NCBI RefSeq assembly: GCF_018350175.1
Contig: NC_058369.1
Location: 9,486,001 to 9,550,000 of the forward strand
From: Felis catus
Lineage: Eukaryota
Direction of reading: 5' to 3'
DNA: 64,000 bases
Below, piece after piece: positions 25,937-36,797 of this stretch. The notes beneath the pieces were generated by a model. The model was not told where the DNA came from, ran no database searches, and saw only the letters and a list, made by a program, of their open reading frames with translations. A program made the position numbers and the translations under genes. Position 1 is the first letter of the stretch. Each line of letters starts with the position of its first letter.

Positions 25937-26215
25937 CACATCCCAGCATCCCCGGCAGCTGGGGGCGGTCACATGACACATCCCAGCATCCCCAGCAGCT
26001 GGGGGCGATCACGTGACACATCCCAGCATCCTGGGCAGCGGGGTGCAATCACGTGACACATCCCAGCATCCCCGGCAGCTAGGGGCGATCGCGTGACACA
26101 TCCCAGCATCCCCAGCAGCTGGGGGCGATCACGTGACACATCCCAGCATCCCCGCAGCCGGGGGCGATCACGTGACACATCCCAGCATCCCCGGCAGATG
26201 GGTGAGATCACGTGA
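25937..26215. repeat. 40-bp minisatellite, 7 copies, consensus CACATCCCAGCATCCCCRGCAGCTGGGGGCGATCACGTGA
   Basis: Directly visible tandem array; the sixth unit is 39 bp. Confidence 0.97.
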
Positions 26216-26480
26216 CTGTTTCCAGCAGTGGTCTGCGAGCAGACGCGGCATGTGCCACTTCCGGGTCTGAGGCTTGAGAGGTGGGGATACCCATCACCCC
26301 TTCCCCTTCTGTCTTCGTATGGTCAGTCAGCTTCGTGTGAATGATGCCAAACGCCCTTAGTTGTGGCAGAGCCAACAGAGGGTGGGAACCTGGATCCCTG
26401 AGTGACTTTGTCGTTCGGAGCTCCCCTGCCAACCTGCAGGGCTCAGCTTGGAGCTATTCTGCACGGGAGATGTAACGTTC

Positions 26481-26671
26481 TTTTTTTTTTTACGTTCATG
26501 TATTTTTGAGACAGAGAGAGAGTGCAAGCAGAGGAGGGGCAGAGAGAGAAGGGGACAGAGGATTCCAAGTAGGCTCTGTGCTGACAGCGGGGAGCTCGAT
26601 GTGGGACTTGAATTTGTGAACCGTGAGATCACGAACTTGGATGCTTAACCGACTGGGCCACCCAGGTACCC
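26481..26671 (-). mobile_element. CAN-SINE
   Basis: T tail, AG tract, ends CACCCAGGTACCC. Confidence 0.9.
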
Positions 26672-27142
26672 TGAGAAGCAACATTCTTTATTGTTTTAAG
26701 CACTGTTCTTTTGAGACTATTGTTACAGCAGATTAGCACTGCCACATAATATGATGAACACTGATTATGAACCTGGGATGTTCCAGGCACTGGAGATGTG
26801 ACAATGGGACTGATCGGGGCGGGGGGGGGGGGGCAGAGGGGTGGATCCTACTCTGATGGAGCCCACAGTCTTGTGGGAACAAAAGAGATGATTAAAATCT
26901 CAATGATAATATAGCAGGATAAGAAATCTGGTGGAGGGGCACTCACAGAGAAACAGGAGGTTTCCTAATACAGGCCTGGAGGCTCAGGGAAGGACTTTTG
27001 GAGGAAATGATGCCTTTTCTAGGACCTGAAGGCAAACAGAGAGGGAGAGGAGCAAGTATTTCACAAAGAAGGATGAACACCCCCGAGGCTGCCCAGTGAG
27101 AGAAAGCACAGGGTGCTAGAGACCTTAGAGAAGTTCGATGTA

Positions 27143-27363
27143 GGGGCGCCTGGGTGGCTCAGTCGGTTAAGCATCCGACTTCAGCTCACGTCACCATCTT
27201 GCAGTTTGTGGGTTCGAGCTCCGCGTCAGGCTCTGTGCTGACGGCTCAGAGCCCAGAGCCCGCTTCGGATTCTGCGTCTCCCTCTCTCTCTGCCCCTCCT
27301 CTGCTCATGTTCTGTCTCTCCCTCTCAGAGATAAATTCAAAAATATTAAAAAAAAAAAAAAGA
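27143..27363 (+). mobile_element. CAN-SINE
   Basis: 15-bp perfect TSD AGAAGTTCGATGTAG. Confidence 0.95.
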
Positions 27364-28009
27364 AGAAGTTCGATGTAGTTAGAGAGGAGAGACGACACAG
27401 GCTCTCAAGGACCCTGCTAAGAGCTATGGGTCACCTTGGGAGGACTTCATGAGGCGAAGGACTTGGTGAGATTTACACGGTATAGTCAGAACCGTAGGTA
27501 TTCCAAAGAAAGGACCGGCCCCTGACTATCTCCTGGGGGATAACCTTGGAATATCCCGCCTGACGAGAGCGTCTTTCATTTCTATCCTTTCCTTCTACTA
27601 AAATGGAACTGCGAGTATCACGGCTCTTCGGGGTCCCACGAGCCCTTCTGGCAAGTCATCCAACCTGAAGGTGGTCTCGGGGACCCCTGATCCACAGTCC
27701 CACACCCTTAAACCTGCCTCGGGCCGACGAGAGTCTGGTCTAGTTACATCTCAAGGGAAAGCAACTCCAGGCAACGCGTCTTGAGAAGTCCCGCCTGCGT
27801 ATCAGGCACCGGCGCTGCCGCGAATTCAGAAATAGACAGAACTGGTCCCTGTCTCCAAGTAGCTCAGGGAATAGAGGCCGAGATAGAAAGGAGATCAAAT
27901 CAGTACGCTGAGTACTTTCACGGCAGAATGTGTGAGGCTAGTGAGTCCGGTCAGGAATGGGGACAAATCTGTAGCACCCAGCTCACAGCTTAAGTTGATG
28001 GGTCTGGGT

Positions 28010-28014
<5 letters not shown>

Positions 28015-28052
<38 letters not shown>

Positions 28053-28072
28053 CGTGTGTGTGTGTGTGTGTG
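28015..28072. repeat. Compound (TG)15(CG)5(TG)9 microsatellite
   Basis: Directly visible. Confidence 0.97.
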
Positions 28073-29075
28073 TATCTCTCGGGGGGTGGGGATGGGGGAG
28101 AAGGTGAAACAGAGCCGTCGGAACCGTATGGGCCAGAACTGAGTCCCAAAGAGAATTTTCTTCTAGAAACTGCACCTGGAGGAATGCGGAATCTTGGGTA
28201 CCCAGAGCTACCCCAAGAAATAAATGAGGCTTCTGGACAAGACTGGCTAAAAGCCGAACACCATCCAAGAAGACCTGGGTCACGTTCTCTGACTTCGCCC
28301 CACAGCCCCCTTGCCCTGTCCTGGGCGGGGGGGGGGGGGATGCCCCTAAGCCAAGACTTCACCGCTCTTGCTTCCTTTTCAACCGTCCTCAATAACAATC
28401 ATAACAGCCAACGTACGCAAAGCACCGAGCTAGACGCTCTGCTATTTTATATAATCCACACGACAGACCTCCGTTTCTGGTAACACAGCAGTCCCGGTAA
28501 TCAGAGCGGCCCCTCTTGCTGAAAACAATCACAAATCCTGCATAAAGTCTAAAAACCCTCTTGGTGACGCAAGGACCCCCCCCCCAATTAGGATGGGGCC
28601 CCAAGGGTAAGAAGCCTGGAGCAAATTTACCCCATCCTCTCTTCCAGAGGGATTTTCAAGTAAGTTACTCTGGCACTTAGCAGAGAAAAAAAAAGAAAAG
28701 GCTCCGAGAAGTTTTAACCGCAAGCTGGCCTCTGCAAACACTGGCGTCCTAAATCCTCAACCTAGGGCAGGTCCAAAAGTTTCAGACGGCCTTGGAAAGG
28801 GAGCACCCCAGATACCCCGAAGGAAATTTGTAAATGCAAATCTTCCAGGGAAGATACACCTTTATCTCAGGCCCCAGAGAACTCCCCCCACCCCAGCATT
28901 ATCTCAAGGAGAATGAGTTTCACAATCAAGAATAAGAATAGTGAAACACTCAAAGCGACAAAGACACAAGGAGAAAAGCCATAAAGAAATTAGATATTTA
29001 AGTCATCAGACACTAATTACAAAAGAATTCTTTGCACGTTACACTTAAGGAAATACACAAGAAGCCTGAAATATC

Positions 29076-29255
29076 TTTTTTTTTTAATTTTTGAGAGGGG
29101 GGGGGCGGAGAAGGAGGGAGAGAGAGAATCCCAAGTAGGCTCCGCACTGGCAGTGCAGAACCCAACGTGGGGCTCGAACCCACAAACCGTGACATCGTGA
29201 CCTGAGCTGAAACCAAGAGTCGGATGCCCAACCGACTGAGCCACCCAAGCGCCCC
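29076..29255 (-). mobile_element. CAN-SINE
   Basis: TSD AGCCTGAAAT(T)ATC. Confidence 0.9.
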
Positions 29256-29275
29256 TAGCCTGAAATTATCTATAA

Positions 29276-29496
29276 AGCAATTCTCAACCGGTGGTGATTC
29301 TGACTCCCGCGGGACATCTGGCAGCATCTGGAGCCATTTTGGGGTGTCACAACTGGGGGTGGGGGAGGTGTGCTCCTGGAATCTACTTGGTTGAGACCAG
29401 GGATGCTGCCCAACGTCCTACAGTGCACGGGACGGTCCCTTACAGCAAAGTTATCACGCCCAAAACATCATCGGCGCTGACTTTTGAGAAATCCTG
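29276..29496 (+). mobile_element. MER20-like hAT DNA transposon
   Basis: TTCTCAACCGG...CAGGGATGCTGC...CCTACAGTGCAC...GAGAAATCCTG. Confidence 0.75.
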
Positions 29497-29801
29497 CCGT
29501 AGAAAAACAAACTACGACAGAAAAAAGAAGCCGGTGTGCAAGGATCAGGTAGCACTTGTGGGGATGAAAAGTCTCATGCTTGAAACAAAACACTTCATGG
29601 CGTGGCGAGTGGCAGATTAGAGACAGCTAGCAAGAGAACCGGGAAGCTCGTGAGAGGCAGGTCCCGTTCTCCTCCCCGTTCGGCAAATGGGTAAACTGAG
29701 GCACGCGGTGTGCTGAGAAGTCAGTGCCAAAACTGGCATCTGCCGGACGTGAGATCCGTGCTCTGAGCCGCTCTGCTGTTCCATTTAAACCCAGGAGAAC
29801 G

Positions 29802-30015
29802 GGGGCGCCTGGGTGGCGCAGTCGGTTAAGCGTCCGACTTCAGCTCAGGTCACGATCTCGCGGTCCGTGAGTTCGGCCCCGCGTCGGGCTCTGGGCTGAT
29901 GGCTCGGAGCCTGGAGCCTGTTTCCGATTCTGTGTCTCCCTCTCTCTCTGCCCCTCCTCCGTTCATGCTCTGTCTCTCTCTGTCCCAAAAATAAATAAAC
30001 GTTGAAAAAAAAAAA
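29802..30015 (+). mobile_element. Young felid CAN-SINE (SINEC_Fc-like)
   Basis: CpG-intact body; perfect 18-bp TSD TTAAACCCAGGAGAACGG. Confidence 0.96.
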
Positions 30016-30467
30016 TTAAACCCAGGAGAACGGCTTCTTCTCTGGGCCCGTGTCTCCGAATGTCTTCCCCACGTGCTCTTCGCTTCGGCAAGATATTTTG
30101 AGGAAAATAGAATTCGTCGACAAGGTCTGACGGAACACACACCGTGTTGCATTAGCACGCGGGCAACAATGCCCAGGGAAAAAAGCACAGAGGTTTCCAT
30201 CTCGAAAGCATTTACCTTCCATGAACCAATTAGAGCCCACAGTTTACAGCGAGGGGGTTCAGGGTGCTTATCTGTCTGCAGAAGTGGAGAAAACGGAATC
30301 AATGCCCCAGTGAGAGCCTTCCCTCTATGAGCCACTGCAGGCTGGGATGTGGGGTCCAAGGCCACCCCCAGTTTGCAACCCCAAGAGTCCCTGCTGCAGG
30401 ATCTTGAACAAGGCACTCAACCCCTGTGTGCTTCCGTTTTCTCTCTCCGCAAAATGGGGATCCTTAA

Positions 30468-30653
30468 GGGGCACCCGAGTGGCTCCGTCCGTTAAGTGTC
30501 CAACTCGTCATTTCGGTTCAAGTCATGATCTCGGGATTCTTGAGATCGGGTCCCACGTTGGGATCTGTGCTGACAGCTCAGAGCCTGCTTGGGATTCTCT
30601 CACCCTCTCTCTCTCTCTCTCTCTCTCTCAAAATAAATAAATATTTATTTTTT
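30468..30653 (+). mobile_element. CAN-SINE inserted in a MIR
   Basis: Diverged head, long CT tract; TSD about AATGGGATCMTTAAG. Confidence 0.88.
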
Positions 30654-32263
30654 AATGGGATCATTAAGACCCAGCCAAGGATTGTTGCAGAGGTCCAAAG
30701 AGACGTGTGTGGAGAATACGGCACATAGCCACGGCTTGATGTGATCGATGACTGTTTCTATCAGACGAGCAAGAACGCACAGGGGTAAAGAACGTGGACT
30801 CTGGGACTGGACTCCTGGGTTTGAATCCCAGCTCCACCACTCGCTCAGCTGTGTGGCCTCGGGCAAGTTACTTGACCCCTCTGTGCCTCAGTTCCCTCCG
30901 ACAGAATAACAGCTCTTACCTTACAGGCCCTCTGTGAAGACTAAATGAGCTAGTTATTTTCAAAAGGCTCAGAATAGTGCCTGGCTCATAATAAGTTGCT
31001 AATTGCTATGGTATTCTCATCACCCTTTCAGGGAATGATTACGCCGACGAGCGCAGCGTGGCTATACCGAGGTTCTAGAAAGGCAGGAACCAGGCCTGTC
31101 CCGTTGACCACTGTATCTGAAGGGCCTGGCACACAGTAGGAGCTCCGTACGCAATTTGTGAGTGAATAAGAAGTTTCCTCTTTACCTGCCAATACTGTCC
31201 CCAAACATACAGCTATGACTACCACATACTGAGAATCTACCCTGGAGCAGGCCCCCTGCTGGACACATGACATCCTCACAGCAATGCTAAAAGACAGGCG
31301 GCATCACCATATTTCACAGATAAGGAAACCGAGGGTCAGAGCGGCCCCACAGCCAGGGAGCGAAAGAGGCAGAATTTTCACCACGTCTACCCGATTCCCC
31401 AATCCACATGCCCCGCCCCTTTCTGCCACCTGCATTCTTCCCTTCAACGTGACCGTGCTCGAGGATTTCAGAGTCAACTCCTATGCCCTGAGACCCTTCT
31501 TGCTTGTACGTCTTTGTTTTTCCCCGGACCCCGCATTTTCGCCCTTCTGCCTGGCTCGTTCGCTGCTTCTAATGGGGAAGGTATTTAGTTCAGTGCCTTG
31601 GTTTCCCCGCTCATCAAAGGGAGAGAGTCACAGTACCTTTCCCCTGGAATGGCCTTCTCTCAGCCTCGTCAGCCACTGAAATTAGCCCCATCCCCAGTCC
31701 ACGTCCCTAGGGCACCTGTCCTGGTTTCTCTGGGCTCCCGGCCACTTGCGATACTGCGTCCCAGACGCCACAGTGCTTGTGGGTGCTGCCTCTCTGACGA
31801 CAGTACTACCTTTCCGAGGCCACGGCCGCCTCTTTAAACAAGGGGGCTCCTGAGATACCAGAACAGGTGGTGTCGGGAACAAAGGATTTCACCTACCCTC
31901 CTGACGCAAGAGCCGTCTGTCCCCCGCACGGTACCCGGTATCCCTACTTATCTAGTATTGAAATGTCGGCAAAACGCTTTAGCCGGTAAAACCTCCGGGG
32001 CCCCAGGGAGTTAAACCGTGATTTGTAAACAGCGGAAGAACGGTAATTCGGTCATTCTACTTCTGGTCTACACCCCCAAAGAATCGAAACCGAAGACCCA
32101 AATGGATCCTTGCACATCCACGCGAGTATCACAGCAGCGTAATTCCAAAGTAACCAAAAGATACAAGCAACCTACATACTCACCGACGAATGAACGGATA
32201 AACAAAATGTGGTCTGCCCACACGACAGGATACTGTTCAGCCTTAAAAAGGAGGGAAGTTCTA

Positions 32264-32670
32264 GGGGCGACTGGGTGGCTCGGTGAGTCAAGCACCCAAC
32301 TCTTGATTTCATCTTAGGTCATGATCTCAGGGTCATGGGATGGAGCTCTGACAGCGTGAGCCTACTTGGGGTTCTCTCTCTCCCTCGCTCTCTGCCCCTC
32401 CCCCACTCACACTCTCTGAAAATAAATCAATAAACTGGGGCGCCTGGGTGGCTCAGTCGGTGGGGCGTCCGACTTCGGCTCAGGTCGCCATCTCCCAGCT
32501 CGTGGGTTCGAGCCCCGCGTCGGGCTCCGTGCTGACCTCTCGGAGCCTGGAGCCTGCTTCGGATTCTGTGTCTCTCTCTCTCTGCCCCGCTCCCCACCCC
32601 CCCCCCACGCTCTGACTCTCTCTCTCTCAAAAATAAACAAACATGAAATCATTAAAAAATAATTTAAAAT
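32264..32670 (+). mobile_element. Two head-to-tail CAN-SINEs (32264-32434, 32437-32670) within an L1M 3' fragment
   Basis: Two SINE heads; L1-like sequence at 32040-32262 and 32670-32740. Confidence 0.9.
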
Positions 32671-32854
32671 ATGGCTCAAAGGGTACATCCTGTGTTATAT
32701 ACATATTTCACCACAATTAAACTTGTTTTCTTAAAAAGAAAGAAACAAGCGAGACAAGCCAGCCGGGAGGAGATAACAGAGTACGTGGGCAGAGCAGGGC
32801 CTTGGAGGCGCTAAGCACCACAGAGGGGCTTAAAGCTCCCAGGGCGTTTTACTG

Positions 32855-33470
32855 GGGAAATTCATGCGGCGAGTTATTTCTTGAGCACCTGCTATTACGA
32901 GGTCCAGCCGTAGCGCTGGGACACAGCAGCGAGGACAACAGACCGAAGCCCCTGCCCTCACGGGGCCGGGATTCTGGCGGGGGACACAGAGCGCAACCCA
33001 CCAGCACAAAATGAATGCGTCCGGTGGCTGCTCCTCAGGAGGGTGGAGGGAAACGGAGCAGAGAAGCAGGAGGGGACGTGTCAGGAGAGGGGAGAGCGAG
33101 TTACAGTTCTGGAGACAAGAACATCTGAGCAAAGGACATGAGGGCGCAGTCAGGCAAAGACCCGGGGGAAGAGCGTTCCAGGCAGAAGGAACAGCCAGTG
33201 CAAAGGCCCTGAGGCGGGACCCTGCCTGGTGTGTTTAAGGGACAATAAGGAGGCCTGTGTGGCTGGAGTTCAGTGAGTGAGGAGGAGCGTGGGGGGGGGG
33301 GGGGTGGAGATGAAGGCAGGCAGGGGATGGGGCAGAGCTTGGGGGGCCCTGTGGGCTGCAAGGAGGACTTAGGTTTTTTTTCTCCAAGTGAGGTGGGAGC
33401 CATGGAGGGTCACGAGCAGAGGAGGGACCCAGCCCGCCTCGGGTGTTCACCGGAGCCCTCTGACTGCTGT
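32855..33470 (-). mobile_element. LINE-2 3' fragment
   Basis: TTCCAGGCAGAAGGAACAGCCAGTGCAAAGGCCCTGAGG and neighbouring L2a-like motifs. Confidence 0.75.
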
Positions 33471-34660
33471 CAGGGGGACAGGGCCCGGGTTGGGCTAAGG
33501 CTGGCCTTGTTCTGGCTGGGGGTGCAGGTCAGATCGACAACCCGGGCCTTGCTGTCTCATCCTCGCACGGGGGTGCCAACAGCCCTGATGCAAATGGCTC
33601 AGGCAGCCCCTGGCCCAGGGCACGTGTGCAGTAAACAAGGGCAGTTATTATCACTTAGCGAGAAAAACGTTGCCGTGTATCCGGCTAAGCTCTCCGGGGC
33701 AGGGGACCTGTGTCCACCAGCCGCCGCCTCTTGGAGTCAAGCAGCCTGGAAGCAGGTGCTTCGCCTCTCCGATTCCTGCATCCGATACCCACGCTCCGTT
33801 TATCGACTGCTTAAGAGTCAGGCCTTGTCACTGAAATCCCGCTTCCTCCACTCCCCGGCCATGTGGCCTGGGGCAAATCCTCGAGCTTTTCCAAGCCTCC
33901 GTTTTCTCACCTGTAAAGTGGGGGTGACAGCTCGCACCTCACGGGAGGCGGGGACCGAAGGGCAAAGTCCTTACAGCAGAGGGTGTGGCCACGGCAAGCG
34001 TGTCACCGGTGGGCACCATTTTCCTGGCATTTTCACTGCCCTGCAAATTAGGTACCATAAGCCCCATTTTACAGATGAGGAAACTGAGGCTCGGAGAGAC
34101 AAGAAGGCTCGCCAGAGGAGTGGCGGTGAGTGGGAAGGACGCAGCTGCCCCAGGTTCGCCCCGCTTCCTGCCCGGCCATGCCCCCCTCATCTGGTCCTTG
34201 TTTTCCCAGTTGTATAATGGGGACAATGGCAGTGCCTACACCGAGAGGGTATACTTGGAGGATTAAATGAGATAGTCAACTCGATGCTGAGGACAGCACC
34301 GGGCGCATGGGAAGCTCTCGGTAAATGTCAGCGGCGATCTGTAATGGCCACAGGTCCCCTAGCTGGACACCGAGGAAGCCTATGTTGGTATGACCCCAGG
34401 GCTCAGCTCTTGATCCCGGGGCTCTGCTGTTGAACCTACAGTTTAGAAACATGCACGCCTTGCCCGTTCCTTTAGAAAGGACTAGAAAATGAAAACTTAG
34501 GGGCTGTCCTCCCAACCCCCTGCATTCTCAAATCCCCCACTGCTCTTAGCTTCCCAGGATGCCCCTCGGCTGGCACAGCCCCCAGCATGAGGCCAGACAG
34601 AGAGAGGAACCTCGGCTGCTCCTGTGTCCGGGCATTCTCTGCTCCTCCAGTCGGGCTTCT

Positions 34661-34712
34661 ATTCATTCATTCATTCATTCATTCATTCATTCATTCACTG
34701 ATTCGTTCATTC
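34661..34712. repeat. (ATTC)n repeat at an L2 3' end
   Basis: Directly visible, followed by TTTACTGAGCACC. Confidence 0.9.
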
Positions 34713-35613
34713 AACAGATGTTTACTGAGCACCATTCTCAGGCTCTACACCGGGCTCTGAGTTTAGTCTTTGCCCTCCAGCAAAGAAGACAGGCGATTAA
34801 CCCAGTACGCCATGGTGAGAGGGTTCACACAGATGCCACCAGATCCCATAAAGGGACCTAAGCTGGCCTGATGCTGAGCATGACGTGGGGTGGTCAGGAA
34901 GGCTTTCCGGAGGAAAAGACCGTTACTATCAGTAAGGAGGTACTTCCTCGAGTCATGGGAGTGCTCCTCTGGCACCCCGGTCCCCCTCCAAGTCCCCTGG
35001 ACCCTCCCATGAGGCAGCAAACAAAAGGTCTACGCTGCACACAAAGCGGGAGCCTCCTTTCTAAGTGGTCAGGGCCCATGTCGCTCCAGTTGTTAAATAC
35101 TTTCAATATCATGTCGGAGTCAGAATTAGCTAGACACAGAGGAGAGAGCATATCCCAGACACAAACAATAGCATTTGCAAAGGTCCTGGGGTGAGTGAGC
35201 AGGTGCTGCTGCTGGAGGAGGCTGGCATCCCTCTCCCTATTTTTCTCCCTCTTAAAATGCAGCTGTGACCAGAAGGAAGCCTGCTCTGCAGCAGGGCGGG
35301 GAGGTTTGAAGGCAACAAGGTAGGTAAGGGGCGCGGCGCATAGCCGGTGCTCAACTAATGCCAATTTCCTTTCTCTGAGGTCGACCTCCCCCGTTGGCCC
35401 GGGTCTCATAACGCTGGAGACGCGGAAGGGAAGAGAGGCGGCGGGCGGGTGGGGGGGTGGGGTGGGAGGGGTACACAAGGAAGGCTGAAACAAGATAGAA
35501 TCAGGGCGTGAAGGAGGGATGGAGGAAAGGTCTCCGCACGGATGCCCGCCAGCCTGGCCTCTGTTCCCCTGAGCTGATGGAAAGGCAAGAGGCTTCCATC
35601 TGGCTCTGATCAG

Positions 35614-35767
35614 NNNNNNNNNNNNNNNNNNNNNNNNNNNNNNNNNNNNNNNNNNNNNNNNNNNNNNNNNNNNNNNNNNNNNNNNNNNNNNNNNNNNNNN
35701 NNNNNNNNNNNNNNNNNNNNNNNNNNNNNNNNNNNNNNNNNNNNNNNNNNNNNNNNNNNNNNNNNNN
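35614..35767. other. Assembly gap (154 N)
   Basis: Run of N. Confidence 1.
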
Positions 35768-36575
35768 ACAAGCCCCCGTTCACATAAGGAGCCAGGCTGC
35801 ATGGCCGTGAACTATGCTGGGCTAACACGGCGGGCAAGAAACCTGTTCCCTAGCTTCGATGCCCGTGAAGGCTCAGAACTCAGATATCAACCCGAGATCT
35901 GATAAAAGCCGCGTCATCTTCCATCCCCCTTACTTCCCAGGTGGCTGCAAGACTGGCCCTTGGGCTCTCAGCAGAACCCTGGCTGACATTTCCTCTCTTT
36001 TCCACTGTGCGACTGACATGGTAATAATCACACATCGTCCCTGTTTCTTGCTAAGAGGAAGAAAAAGGAAGGGGAGGGTGTGGCACCAGTGACTAACCGG
36101 AAGTCAGGGCAGAAGGTCTCAGGGGACAGAAGCCCAGGTCTCAGCGGCCCCAGGGAATACGTTCTTGGATACACACAGCCTTTGCAGTATGAAGTACTGC
36201 TTCTCCCGTCAAGAGACGCGATCCATCGCCTTACCCCTTGAATCCGGCCGGCCTCACCGCTTGCTTTGGCCATCAGTTGCCGAAGTGAAGGCATCACATT
36301 CCGGGGACTAGCCCTCCGGAGGCTTGTGTGCTCCACTTTCTTCTACTGTTGCCACAGGAACGAGCCCGCACTAGCTGAAGGGTGAGACCACTTGGAGGAG
36401 AGCACAGTGGGGTCCCAGCCAAGGCCATCCCGGGCCCGCCAACACCCAACCAGGAGAGCCACCCGGCTGCCCCACAGCTGAGCACAGATGCGCGGACGAG
36501 CTGGCCCGAGCTCAGATAAAGCGCCCAGATGAACCGGCAACCCTCAGGATCATAAGCTGAATAAATGCTGTCGCG

Positions 36576-36797
36576 GGGGCGCCTGGGAGGCTCAGTCGGG
36601 GAAGCGTCCAGCTGTGGCTCAGGTCATGCTCTCACGGTCCGTGAGTTTGAGCCCCGCGTCGGGCTCTGTGCTGACGGCTCGGAGCCTGGAGCCCACCTCG
36701 GATTCTGTGTCTCCCTTTCTCTCTGCCCCTTCCCCGCTTGTGCGGTCTCTCTCTCTGTCTCAAAAATCAATAAGCATTAAAAAAAATTTTTTTTTAA
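36576..36797 (+). mobile_element. CAN-SINE inserted in an MLT1-like LTR
   Basis: TSD AATAAATGCTGTC. Confidence 0.93.

Larger units (their letters stand above)
25880..26750 (+). mobile_element. MLT1-like LTR hosting the 40-bp minisatellite and a SINE
   Basis: TGTGCCACTTCCGGG, AACCTGGATCCCTGAGTGACT, TGTTACAGCAG; similar single-copy segments at 12560-13220, 20670-21080 and 37000-37380. Confidence 0.65.

Noticed and set aside
25937-26215. CRISPR-like appearance of the regular repeats (also 50076-51020)
   Set aside because: Head-to-tail repeats with no unique spacers, in a mammalian intron with no cas genes.
33273-34217. 314-aa ORF (likewise 1270-2079, 269 aa)
   Set aside because: Runs across L2 and MIR fragments in GC-rich DNA, antisense to CACNA1A, with no recognisable domain.
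34894-35837. ORFs spanning N runs (also 55738-56085)
   Set aside because: Length inflated by assembly gaps.
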